From Prasinococcaceae sp. CCMP 1430 (Eukaryota > Plantae > Prasinodermophyta), in the NCBI GenBank assembly GCA_013416795.1, contig RQSC01000009.1, positions 1 to 64,000 on the forward strand: a stretch of 64,000 nt of DNA. The letters are read 5' to 3'. Every line of letters starts with the position of its first letter. The first letter of the stretch is position 1. Positions 45,294 to 56,221 of the stretch are shown here, one piece after another. The notes under the pieces were generated by a model, which worked only from the letters and a program-made list of their open reading frames with translations, was not told the origin of the DNA and ran no database searches. The position numbers and the translations under genes are program-made.

Positions 45294-47270
45294 TCACTCG
45301 TCAGCGCCGTCAAGGCCGTACCCCTCGCAGTTGGCGACTGCCATTGCGAGGCGGTCCTCGAGTACCTCGCGGCATCGGCGCGCTGCTGAGGCGCCGCTAA
45401 GCCCCTCGAGCTTGCATACGCCCGCGTAGTAGTCAGGCAGCTCCAGGATGTTCTCGCACGTGTGTGCCTGCGGCAACATGCCCATCTGTTCGCGCAGGTC
45501 CGCCGCGCCCAGCGCCACGAAGGGCATCTCGACTTTCAGGAGCTCCGCGCCCGGGGCAGGAAGGCGGTCGGAGCCCGTCACGAATACCAAGAACTTGCGC
45601 TTCATGGGCGCCGACCAGCTCCCGACTGTGCTCCACAGCGCGTCGCCGAGCGCCTCGGACGCGCCCCCTCCCTGTAGCTGTGTGTCGACCACCAGCCGAA
45701 ACGCCTTGCGCAGGTCGAGCGCCTCAACGTCCGCCGCACTAGCCCCGCAAAGCGCCTCAGCCAGCTCCTCGCCACTGAACCGCATATCAATCATCGCCTG
45801 TGCGTCAACGGCCGCGGCGAAGCCTGCGCGCAATGCCTCGACCTGCCACGCCACCGATCGCACGAGCACCGAGCGAACGCTGCGTGCCACGTACTGCTCA
45901 TGAGTCAGCTTGCGAGGCAGCTCCTCGAGCTCCAGCATAGCCCTCCACTCCTTCGGTGGCAGAGCGGCGGCAGCGCGGATGGAGCGCGCGGCCGCGGGGT
46001 CGAATTCCTCGAGGTCTTTGAGCGTCGGCTCGTAGGTCGAATGTTGCTTGCATCCCGGTAGCAGCTGGGCACACAACGCCCCAGGCAAACGCAAGCTGAC
46101 CTGCGCGCGGTTGTGGAGCGCCTGCCCCAGCAACCACCCAGCCGCGATGTACGCCTCCCGCAGCTCCTTCGTGCGCTGCTGCTGCTCTATGCTGCGGTTG
46201 GGCCAATGGTACCCCGCTGAGCGGACGTGCTCGAACAGCGCGGGCAGACACGGGCCGCCACTACCTCGCCTGCCACACCCAGCGGGCTGCGCTTTCGCCA
46301 TGTCGGCGCCTGCGAGCACGAAGAATTCCTTTCGTGGGCCGTGCCCCTCGCCGCGCTCGACGCCTGCCTTCACATTTCGCGGCGTCGACTTTGGCAGCTG
46401 CGAACCAAGTGCAGCCGGAACGCCCACTCCTCCGCCACCGCCTCTCCTGCCTTCGCCAGCGCCGCCTGTGTTGCTGTCTGCCACAGCGCTCTCGAGCGCG
46501 TACGTGGGGAAGAGCTTGACACGCCGGCGCGAAGGCGACAGCGCTGTCGCCTCAGCCTCGTAGAAGAGAGTGTCGAGGTTGCCCCAGAATGCGCAACTGC
46601 GAGACACAGAGCCGACAGAGAGTTTGCGCTCCGCGTAACGCATGCCTTGAAGCACGTACAGGAGCGTGGCCTTGCCTGCCGCTCCGCCGCAGCTGGCGAC
46701 GAGTGCAGGTGTTGCGCCCAAGAGTGCAGCGAGGTCGCACCAGGCCTGCCATGTGCGCTCATACACCTCCGGTGACTCAACCGCGACGTTGCGGCAGGCG
46801 AGCGCGGCGAGCGCGTTTAACATGCGCCCGAGCGCCAGGCATGGCTGTACGCGGACGCCTCCTACAGAGTACAGCGCCCACAACGCGTCGCCCACTGTCC
46901 CAGCCGCTGCCGCGACCGCCTCAGCGCTCTCGGGCGGGTTGACCATGCACCGCTTCACCGACGCAGCCAGAAGCTCGACGCCGGCAGTCTCGATGCGACC
47001 GTTCGCGAGAGCCGCATCGACAGCATCGGCTGCGGGCGCCCATAGTGTATGTAGGCATCCGACCGCAGCAGACGCGAGCACTTCCCGCTCCTTCCGCGCC
47101 GCCGCGCCGCCCCGTTGCCCGTCGCTGCTCTTGCTTCTGAGGGCTGCGCGCTCGCATGTCGCACGCGCGTCGCTGAGCGCCCCAGCGTACTGCGCGGCGC
47201 TCGCGGCGGGCGCCGCCTCGGCGGAGAGCGCGCGCAGTGCCTTGAGCGCCGCGTCTACGCCAGGAGCCAT
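45294..47270 (-). CDS. HECT-domain E3 ubiquitin ligase
   Basis: GEGHGPRKEFF, GWLLGQAL, FLVFVTGSDRLP, LPQAHTCENILELPDY (catalytic Cys). Confidence 0.9.
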   Translation of the reverse strand: MAPGVDAALKALRALSAEAAPAASAAQYAGALSDARATCERAALRSKSSDGQRGGAAARKEREVLASAAVGCLHTLWAPAADAVDAALANGRIETAGVELLAASVKRCMVNPPESAEAVAAAAGTVGDALWALYSVGGVRVQPCLALGRMLNALAALACRNVAVESPEVYERTWQAWCDLAALLGATPALVASCGGAAGKATLLYVLQGMRYAERKLSVGSVSRSCAFWGNLDTLFYEAEATALSPSRRRVKLFPTYALESAVADSNTGGAGEGRRGGGGGVGVPAALGSQLPKSTPRNVKAGVERGEGHGPRKEFFVLAGADMAKAQPAGCGRRGSGGPCLPALFEHVRSAGYHWPNRSIEQQQRTKELREAYIAAGWLLGQALHNRAQVSLRLPGALCAQLLPGCKQHSTYEPTLKDLEEFDPAAARSIRAAAALPPKEWRAMLELEELPRKLTHEQYVARSVRSVLVRSVAWQVEALRAGFAAAVDAQAMIDMRFSGEELAEALCGASAADVEALDLRKAFRLVVDTQLQGGGASEALGDALWSTVGSWSAPMKRKFLVFVTGSDRLPAPGAELLKVEMPFVALGAADLREQMGMLPQAHTCENILELPDYYAGVCKLEGLSGASAARRCREVLEDRLAMAVANCEGYGLDGADE

Positions 47271-47512
47271 CGATGGTGCCGCCTGCTGCGGTCGGGGGGG
47301 GGGGGGCGCTGGCGTGCCCCCACCGCCCGGCAGTGCCCAGCGCGCGACGTGCGCTGTATGCGCTATCAGTGCAAATCGAGGCTCTTGCGTGGCGGACGGA
47401 CCGGGACTGTCGTTTCGACGCGAGCGCGGGCGCGGACGGCGAGCGGCGACGCGGGGCGGCGCGGGCGCTGATTATTGTGTTCGCTTACTCCTGCTGCTGC
47501 TGCGCGCGCGCC

Positions 47513-48583
47513 TCACTCGCCGAAAACCGCGCGCTTGCCGTACTCGTCGAGTAAGTCCTCGAGGACCTCGCGTGCTCGGGGGTGCTCCGCGATGCCCTGT
47601 ACGGCGACGAGCGCGTTCTCGGCGGTCTCGAGGTCGTCCTCGGGCAGCAGGTCGACGAGGCCCTGGCCCGCAGCCTCGGCTATGGCGACCTTGGCGTCGA
47701 GCTCCACCGACAGTCCCATAAGCGCGCCCGCCGCCAGGCGTCGTACGTCGAGATCAAAGCAGCCGAGCATCTTTGCGAGCGTCGGCAGTGAGCCCGCCTC
47801 GAGCACCTGGATCTTGCCGCTCGGGTGATGGCACAGGTGGCGCAAGTACTTGGCGGAGAGCGCAGCGACCACAAAGTCGAGCGAATCCGCTTTGAGTGCG
47901 GCCCCGGCGCAGCTGAGCACCACCTTGATGGCATGGTGGCGCAGGTTTGAGGCGATGGCTGAGTCGGTGGTCGACAGGTTGCATAGCGTCGCGATACCCG
48001 CAGCGACGGCACCGGGGGTGGAGTCCTCGTCGCTCACCATGGTGACGAGCGCGCCGATGACGTCGACGCCAGCCTTGTCGCCCGCGAGCACGCCCGCGCC
48101 GTCGCGAGCGCTACTCGCCGTTTCCAGCACGACCGCGGCCGCCTCGCGCGCACGCTCGTCATCGTCCCGCAGCGCCCCACACAGCGTGGACGCGCCTTCC
48201 GCTGCGAACAGCGCGGCGCGGCCGGTCACGAGGGTGCACAAGCTCGCGAGCGCCATACAGCTGAGCTGGCGCACAACCGCGTCCGACTCAGCGTCGGCAA
48301 CGAGCGTCACGAGTGCGCCCACGGCGCCGGAGCCTACGCCGCTCGCTTTGGACTCCTGATTGGAGCACTGGCCGAGGAACGTGCGCAGTGCATGAGCGCG
48401 CTCGCCCGGCGTGAGGTCCTTCCGCGGCAGCGCGAGCACCGCAGAGAGCTTGGGCATACAACGCGCGCCGTACGCCACGGCAATCTCATTCGGTATGACC
48501 TCCTTCGGGAAGGGCTGTCCGCGGTATGGGTGACGCGCCGCAAGCGAGTCGGACGCCACGCGGCGGCTTGCGTGATTCTGCAT
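47513..48583 (-). CDS. RSP14: Radial spoke protein 14 (armadillo repeats)
   Basis: QPFP..IAVAYG..PKLSAVLALP..AHALRTFLGQCSNQESK recalls Chlamydomonas RSP14. ARM repeats follow. Confidence 0.75.
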   Translation of the reverse strand: MQNHASRRVASDSLAARHPYRGQPFPKEVIPNEIAVAYGARCMPKLSAVLALPRKDLTPGERAHALRTFLGQCSNQESKASGVGSGAVGALVTLVADAESDAVVRQLSCMALASLCTLVTGRAALFAAEGASTLCGALRDDDERAREAAAVVLETASSARDGAGVLAGDKAGVDVIGALVTMVSDEDSTPGAVAAGIATLCNLSTTDSAIASNLRHHAIKVVLSCAGAALKADSLDFVVAALSAKYLRHLCHHPSGKIQVLEAGSLPTLAKMLGCFDLDVRRLAAGALMGLSVELDAKVAIAEAAGQGLVDLLPEDDLETAENALVAVQGIAEHPRAREVLEDLLDEYGKRAVFGE

Positions 48584-48788
48584 GGCCGCCGGCTGCCCCT
48601 CCCCCTCCCTTTCACCCTCCCCGCGCGCGCCCGGCGCAGGCGGTCCGTGACGACAGCGGCGCGCAAAAGAAAGGAGCGGCAAGCGCTGGAACAAACGCCA
48701 GACCAGCACCACAACGACCACAACAACACCAACAGCACCAACAGCAGTACGTACTGTGCGTGCAGAGTAACGAGCGAGGGTGGCGGCA

Positions 48789-50357
48789 ATGCGCAGCATC
48801 CGTGGGAGGACGGCGGCGCGCGCGGGCGCCGGCGGCTGGGCGCCGACGTGCACACCGGTGCCGCAGGCGCGCCCGACCGACGGCGCTCCGCGCGAGGTGC
48901 CGCCCGCGTGCCTCGTGAGCGAGGAGGCGCGCCTGGGCTGGATCCGCGACAACGCCAAGCTGCTGGGCAACACGCGCCCGCATCTGGTGGGCCACACAGT
49001 CTGCCAGAACATGGTCATCCACGGGTCGTGCTTCAAGGCCGACCTGTGCTGGTTCAGGCACGACGCCGCGTCCGTGCAGGCCGCCCGCAAAGTGCGCTCC
49101 ATCATCGCGACGGCGCCCCCCCAGGGGACGGGACGCGCGCTGCCAGCCCCGCCGATGCAGCCGCCGCCGCCCGCGAGCTGCGGGGCGCCGACCGTGCGGG
49201 CGAGCTGTGCGCCTGCCGCTGTCGTCAACGCCACCAGCAGGGCGACCAGCCAGTCGGTCGCGCTGCCCGGAGGCGCGCGTCAACACCCCATGCCCTCGGC
49301 CGCCGGCCCACACCAGCGCCGACAGCCCCCAGCTGCCGAGGGGGGGAGGCCCCACCAGGCCGCTCAGGCTTGCAGGGACGGCGCGGCCCCGACGAGCACG
49401 GCACGGCAGTCGTCTGCGCCGTCCTCTCGGGCGGCCGCGTGGCCGCAGCCGCTGCAGCGGCAGACGTCGTCCGGCCCGGGCGCGTCGCCCACGCTCCAGT
49501 GGCACGCGCGTGCCAGCGCGGGAGCATCGGACGCCAGCTGCGACCCCGCCCGCGTCGACCCCTTCTCTTCCTCCTCGCGCGAGGAGCGTCTTGCAGGCGG
49601 CAACCGTCGCGAGGCGCGGGGCGCCGACGCCGCCGCGCTGGGCCCGTGGCCTGCGGCGCCCAGGCGCAGGGCCGCCCTGCTGCCCGCGGCTTTCGCCAAC
49701 AAGCAGTCTGTGGGGCATGCGCCGTGGCAGCACATGCCAGCCGGTGTGCTCAGACGCGTCCTCGATGCCAGCAGCCGCCGTCGGAGCTTGACGGCCGCGC
49801 CTTTCCCATCCGACGCGGTCGGGACGGTGGTTCGCGCGCCGCTGGTTCCCGCTCCATCCTCGCTCGAAGAGGAGAGCGCATCGTGCGCCGACGGCCACGA
49901 CGATTGCGACGAGGACCACCACGCCTGTCAGCAGAGCCTCGAAGAGGCAAGTGACGGACCCAACAACGAAGGCGCAGCGCACGGCGAGCCGAGTCGGCTC
50001 GGCGTCGCGCCGGCCTCGCTCGCGGCCGCCTCCTCGCCCTTCGCTCGTCTGAGGCGCGCCACGCGTGCCACGGAAGCGCGCACCCCGTCACCTTCTCTCA
50101 GCAAGGCGCCCGCAGAGGATCTCGCCGACTGCACGAAGTCGGCACCATCGCCTGACTCAGGCGCGCGCGCGAAGGCGAAACTGGCGGGGGAGACGCCGCG
50201 CTCCTCGCCAGCGCTGGCGCACGCCGCTGCTGCAGTGGCGGCAAAGGTTCCCTGCAGCCCAAGCGCTGTTGTCACCCCCCGCAATTGGCGCCAGGGCGTC
50301 GAGTACGAGGCTGCCCTGCTCGTGCACAGCGTGTGCGCACCATTCCTGGGCGCGTGA
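48789..50357 (+). CDS. CCCH zinc-finger protein with long low-complexity tail
   Basis: Exact C-x8-C-x5-C-x3-H pattern: CQNMVIHGSCFKADLCWFRH. Divergent from RSP14. Confidence 0.65.
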   Translation: MRSIRGRTAARAGAGGWAPTCTPVPQARPTDGAPREVPPACLVSEEARLGWIRDNAKLLGNTRPHLVGHTVCQNMVIHGSCFKADLCWFRHDAASVQAARKVRSIIATAPPQGTGRALPAPPMQPPPPASCGAPTVRASCAPAAVVNATSRATSQSVALPGGARQHPMPSAAGPHQRRQPPAAEGGRPHQAAQACRDGAAPTSTARQSSAPSSRAAAWPQPLQRQTSSGPGASPTLQWHARASAGASDASCDPARVDPFSSSSREERLAGGNRREARGADAAALGPWPAAPRRRAALLPAAFANKQSVGHAPWQHMPAGVLRRVLDASSRRRSLTAAPFPSDAVGTVVRAPLVPAPSSLEEESASCADGHDDCDEDHHACQQSLEEASDGPNNEGAAHGEPSRLGVAPASLAAASSPFARLRRATRATEARTPSPSLSKAPAEDLADCTKSAPSPDSGARAKAKLAGETPRSSPALAHAAAAVAAKVPCSPSAVVTPRNWRQGVEYEAALLVHSVCAPFLGA

Positions 50358-50905
50358 TGATGAGCGGGTGCCTGCGCGGCAGGAACAGACGGCCAAGTAC
50401 CCCGCGAGCGAGTGCGCCCTTCTACTGCACTGCGTCGCGCCCGGGTGGATGCACCTGCGGTGCCGCTGCTGGCTACTGGCAGTGCTTCTTTCTGCTCCTA
50501 ATACCACCCCCATGTGGGCACGACCGATCGATTGAAAAAGAACGAACGATACAAGCACACTTCGTGCGCCCGCCGCCGGCGGGCGGCGGGCACTACAAAC
50601 GCCTGAACCAATGAGCATCGTCACGCATTCAGCCTCCTCTCCACCTCCACCGACGCATCCACCTCCACACACGCCACCACCACCACCAACACACCTGCCG
50701 TTCGCTCTCGCTCGGACAAGCTGCATGCGCGTCTCGATCGCGAGCGACGAGTGCGGCGAGTGAGACGCCGAACGATGCTACAATACTATCAGCCTGTGCG
50801 TTTCTGCCATGTCCTGCAAGCCATCATGCATTTGAGGATAATACACACATTTTCCAGACCTGACTTTCATTACCCCGTCGGAGCCGCGAGCTCGCCGGAT
50901 CGCGC

Positions 50906-52719
50906 TCAGACTCGCTCGACGACGAGGTAGCAGTGCACGTAATCCATGTGGTATTCCTCGGGATTAGCGGCGACGCGCGCCTCGTACATGCCGAACATGC
51001 GGTCGACGATTGCCGCGCGCTCCTCCGCGGGCCGCGTCGCATCCAGCGCGTTCGCAAAGGTCGAGTTGGACCAAGTGCGCATCGTGGGGACGAAGTCGCG
51101 GGCGTGCGTCGCGCTATCCTGGGCCTCGCCGCGCTCCTTCGCGGCGAGATACTCGTCGAGGTACGGGCAGCGCACCACTCGCTCCTCGCACGACACCTGG
51201 GGGGGGGGGGCGCACGGGCAGGAGGACGGGGGGGGGTAGCGCCGAGGGAGGGGGCGTGCACAACGAAGGGAGGTCAGCCACGCCGCACGATCGCTGGCAG
51301 GGCACAGCACCCTGGTCACTTCAGCACGACCTTGAGCGTAACCCAACCCAAAGTTGGGTTCGCGCGCGCGTGGGTCCTGCCCCAAGGCGGATGACGTACC
51401 ACGCGCAGGCCCTCGAATGTGCCATCGGCCTCTTCGAAAGGCGCCAGCGTCTCCGCCATGGTCTTGTAGTGGTTGGGGAACGTGCATGCGGCGAACTCGG
51501 CCTCGGTGATGGTGCCGTCATCCACCAGCTCGCGCCACAGCTCGGCGAAGGTGGAGTACATGTTGGCACCGCGGTCGGTGTTGCCGAGGTAGTACCCTTC
51601 GGTGCTCTCGCAGAAGTTGACGAACACGAAGCGCCCGCCGAGCGCCAGCTCGGCGGAGCGCCGCTTGAGGATGCTCCGCCAGTCCTGCTGCGACTGTGGG
51701 GTGCGAGCCGACGCCACGCCACAGCGCACGCAGCGCGGCGGGACGGAGGCGTCAGCGCGCAGAGCGGCGGCACCGCGCCGGATCGAGCTCAGCCGCGCGA
51801 GCGCACGCGACCGCAGGACGCGCGCGCGCAAAGGAGGGTAAGAGGGGCACGCACCTGCGCCATGAACTTGGCTTTCTCATCGGGCTCGGCCTGCGTGGAG
51901 TGCAGCGTCGCCTGCAGGTCGCACGGCAGCTTGCTGAGCCAGTGCATGGCGGTGAAGCTCATGCCCACCTGCACCGAGGCCGTCGGGTAGCATTGCTCGT
52001 AGAACGACGTGCCGCTGGCCGTCACGAACACGTTCGAGTGCTCCTCGGTGTACACTGGCACGCCCGGCAGCCGCTGCGTGCCCTGCGTGTAGTTGAAGAG
52101 CGACTTCCACTCGTTGAACGGCTGGTCCTCGTATTGGACGAGAACCTCGGTGTCGTCGCCTAGGCGCTCCCGGATCGCCGAGATGGCGCGGCCCATCAGT
52201 GGCATGGACGTGCCGCCGTCGGCAGTTCCGAAGTCGGCGAGCGCGAAAGGCGCCCCCGCGGCGGGCGCGGGTGCGGCGGCGACCGCATCGAGCACGAGGT
52301 CGCTCGCGTTCGCGATGACGTCGAAGCAGCCCTTGGTCGCCTTGCTGTAAAGGCCGTCGCCGTCCTCCCCGAGGGGCTCGTGGTGCGCGCGCTGTCGTCG
52401 GGCGCGACGATTAGAGCGCGCGATGGGGGGAGGGGGGGGGGCGTAAGCGCAGGGCGCAGCGGGCGTCAGCGGCGCAATCCCCTCGACGCGCACGCTCGGG
52501 GAGCGATTCTCCCCGCGCCCAGTCCCAAGTCACAGCCGCGCCACGCCTTGCCGGGAAAGCGCCGCGCCGCCGCACCTCCGTGGCCGCCGCCGCCGCCGCC
52601 GCAGCGCGCGCGCGCGCGCGCGCGCGCGCGCGCGCGCGGCCGCCGGCGCACTTTTCGCCTGCCGTTCGATGACGCGATACCAATGCCGTTCTACCTCGTG
52701 CAATCGTGCGGGCCCGCAT
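50906..52719 (-). CDS. SABATH-family (Methyltransf_7) SAM-dependent methyltransferase, 4 exons, transit-peptide-like N-terminus
   Basis: Phase-0 exons 52719-52576, 52391-51855, 51693-51400, 51196-50906. Motifs: LADFGTADGGTS, YEDQPFNEW, GTSFYEQCYP, SFTAMHWLS, DWRSILKRRSAELALGG. Confidence 0.9.
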
Positions 52720-52858
52720 CGCGATCGATGCGTACTACATTTCCACTCTGGTCAAACGAAGCCACGGGAGATCCCAACTCGCCAATTTCCTCGAGGGCCG
52801 CGGCGCTCCCTGAAGGAAGGATGCGTCGTGCTGCTCGATCGACGCCGCGCGTGTGCCG
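52720..52858. promoter_or_regulatory. Putative bidirectional promoter
   Basis: Short, less GC-rich spacer between divergent ATGs (52719 minus; 52821 or 52859 plus). Confidence 0.5.
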
Positions 52859-55776
52859 ATGCTCGCCACCGCGCCTGGGATGCGCATCGGCGCGCTCTCG
52901 GCGCGCGCGCCGCGCGCCGCTGCGGGTGCGTGCGAGTGCGTGCGAGTGCGCACGCGCGCGTCCTCTTGCCGGAGTGTGTCTGGACGTTTCCGGCCACCGC
53001 CGAGGAGCGCGTCGTCGGCCCGCCGCCCCGGCCGCCGCTGCCGCCGCCGCGTGAGGTGTGTCCCGTGCCGATCACCCCCCCACGCACGCACGCGCGCCAC
53101 GTCTCGCTCGAGAGCATCGCGGCGGGGGCTGGCCAAGGCCGCCGCGCGCATCGGTGCACTTTTTCACTCGCTTTCCACTTTGTGTGGCTTGCGCTGTTCG
53201 CTTTTCGCTTTTTCTTATCCAGTCGGTGACGTGGCCTTCGCAGGGCTCGGGGAGGGGCGTGGCGGTTGGCGCGGCGCGCGCGGGCGCGAGTGGCACGCGC
53301 CGCGCGCGCGCGCAGCGGCGCGGGCGGCCGCGGAGCTCAGGGGCCGCGCAGGCCGGGCGCGGTCGCGGAGAGCGCGTTCGGCATCGCCGACGTGGGGGCA
53401 GAAGAGGGCGCAGAGGATGCGGTCGCTCCCGGCGCATCGGCGAGCCCGCTGGTGCTCAAGTATCCCGGGCCGGCCAACTCGACGCTGTTCGTCGGCAACG
53501 ACGGCCCGCTGTCGACGGACCAACCCGGCAACGGCGGCCTGCGCCTGCTGTCCTACGACACCGAGGCCGACGCCATCCACGAGTGCATCCATCTCACCCA
53601 GGGCATGACCAAGAAGCACGCCGTGTACAACACCGGCTTCGGCGGCGCCAAGCTGGTGGTGCATGCCCCGAACGGGCCCCAGTCGGTCGACAAGAAGGAG
53701 CTCATGGAGGTGGTCGCCTCCTCGCTCAAGGGGCTCAACGGCACGGTCTACACCGGCCAGGACCTGAACACCTCCGCGGACGACATGGACTACCTGGACG
53801 AGCTCTGCGACTACGTGCTGGCCAGCATCGGCAGCGTCACCGACGCCAACGTCGCCACCGCGCACGGAGTCTTCGGCGCGGTGCAAGGGACGCTGCAGGG
53901 CGTGGGGCGCGACGTCGCCGGTGGCTCGTTCTTCGTGCACGGCTGCGGCAAGGTCGGCAGCTCACTCGCGCGGCAGCTCGTCGCCGCTGGGGCGGCGAAG
54001 GTGCTCACATACGACATCAACTCAGAGCTCGCGAGCATACCCGGCTGCGTGAACGTGTCGGACAGCGGCGACGACTGGGTGGCCCACGCGTCGCAGTGCG
54101 ACATGCTCTGCCCTTGCTCGATTTCCTGGCTGCTCACCGAGGAGGTCGTCGCCGGCCTCGACTGCGAGCTCATCGTCGGGGCGGCCAACCTGCCCTTCGC
54201 GACGCCCGCGGCGCGTGAGGCTGCGACGGCCAAGGGGATCCTTTTCGTGCCCGAGTCGGTGGCGAGCGCCGGCGCGGTGATTGTCGACTCGCTCGAGTGC
54301 TTCGACCGCGCGGCGTACCTCAGCGCCCGCCCGTCTGAGGTGTATGCGTTCACGCGCCACCTGACGCGCGAGGGGGCGCGCTCGGTGGCGGCCGCCGCCA
54401 CGTCGTCCGCAGCGGGGGGGGTGGCGTCGCCCGAGGAGGTCGACGCGCTCGTCGCTGACCTCAGCGCGAGCTCCGCGCGGAAAACGCCCGCGTGCGCCCG
54501 CTTTCGCGAGTGGCGCGACGAGGCCGTCGTGCAGCTCGATTCGCTCGTCATCGGCGGCGGCATGGCTGGCACGGCCGCTGCGATGGAGCTGGCGCGCCTC
54601 AGCCCCCCTGGTTCGCGCATGATGCTGCTCGAATCGCGCACGGTCGCCAACGACGCTGCCTCGAGCTTCGGCGAATCGCGCATGTTCCGCCGCATGTACT
54701 CGGACGAGTACTTCTCGAAGATGCAGGCGACCGCCCTCGACATGTGGCGCGAGCTCGAGGAGGCGAGCGGCGAGGAGCTGCTTTCCACCAATGGTCTGCT
54801 CTTCTACGGCGAGACAGACACCGGCGAGACCGTGGAGGGGTCCGTGCCGGGCGCGCGGGAGGTGATGGAGAACCTGGGGATCGAGCACGAGTACTTCGTC
54901 GGCGAGGAGCTCGACAAGCGCTGGCCAAACCTCGTGAGCGGCTCGAGCGACGAGGGCGTCTTCGAGCACGCCGCCGGGAGCGTGAACTCGAGCGCCGCGT
55001 GCGCCGCCATGGCCGCGCGGGCGCAGGCGAGCGGCGTGGAGCTCGTCCAGGGCGAACGCGTCACGGACATGTGGAAGGACGCCGACGGCGCCGACGGTGT
55101 GCTGGTGGCCACCTCGAACGGCCGCCTGCTGCGCGCCAAGAGCGTCGTGCTGTGCGCCGGCGCATGGACAAACGACCTGCTCAAGCCGCTGGGCGTGCAG
55201 CTCGACCTCGAGGTCCACAACATGCACTGGGGACACTTCGAGGTCGAAGATGGCGCCGACATTCCGCAGTGGTTTTGCTTCCGCAAGGAGAAGAACGACT
55301 CCCCCGACGACGACCCCGCCAAGCTCGACGGTGGCTTGTACTACGGCTTCCCCAGGCACCACGAGGGCTCGACCGTCGTCAAGGTGGGCGTCGATTGGTG
55401 CCCTGACACCAGCAAGTTCCGCACGAAGAGCATGGCCGAGTTCTGCTACGAGCCCGACGAGCACGTCGTCAGCTGCATCGAAAGCTTCCTCGCCGAGAAC
55501 TGGACGGGCATCGGCAAGCTCAGCGACATGCAATGCTCGCCGTACACGATGACCAAGGACCAGTACTTCATCCTCGACCGCTTGGAGAAGGTGCCCGAGG
55601 TCACCGTCTTCACCGGCGGGAACGGGCGCGCCTTCAAGTTCGCGCCCCTCATCGGGAAGCTGCTGGCCGAGCTCGCCACCGGCGTGCCCAAGGAGCAGCT
55701 CAGCTACGACGTGGCGCCGTTCGCGGCCGGGCGACAGGCGGCCGGCATGACCGACGTCGAAGAGGTCTGCGCCTGA
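52859..55776 (+). CDS. Fusion: Glu/Leu/Phe/Val amino-acid dehydrogenase + MSOX/PIPOX/NikD-type FAD amine oxidase; 5' exon uncertain
   Basis: Uninterrupted frame 53245-55776. DH domain: NGGLR, GMTKK, GGAK, TGQDLNT, TAHGV, HGCGKVG, CPCS, VGAAN, GILFVPE. Oxidase domain: IGGGMAG, SSFGESRMFRRMY, CAGAW, CSPYTMTKDQYFILD, NGRAFKFAPLIG. Candidate exon 1 52859-53055 splices in phase to 53244. Confidence 0.88.
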
Positions 55777-56221
55777 GGAGGCCCCCGGGCACACCGACTG
55801 TACAGGTACCAAGAAGACAGACACGGGCGGCGCTGTTGCCGGCAATACCACGTGTCACTGTAAATCACTCACCCCTTGCTAACAAGGCGGCCACGGACAG
55901 GGGCGACGGCGCCATCGCCGGCGAGCCAGCGCTCGCGCCCCGCGCCTGGCGCTCGCGCGCAGCACGAAGACGGTCGCATTCGCTCCTCTGGGCGCGTATG
56001 AGTACTACCGGTCATGCATGGATGTAGCAGTACTATGCACGCGTGCTGCGCCTGCGTAGCAGTGCCTCGCGTGCGTGGACCGTGGACGTCCGGCGCGGGC
56101 GCGAGCGCGTCGAGTGCGGGCTCGGGTGGCGGGCCAGTGGCCCCTCCGTCGGCCAGCACTCGCGCGCCCCAGCAGTTGGTTGGAGCGCAGCGCGTCGCTC
56201 CTCACCGCTGTCTCCTTCGCT

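Noticed and set aside
50906-52719. DMSP-synthesis methyltransferase (DSYB or TpMMT type)
   Set aside because: The motifs are SABATH/Methyltransf_7, not those families; nothing in the sequence specifically indicates DMSP.
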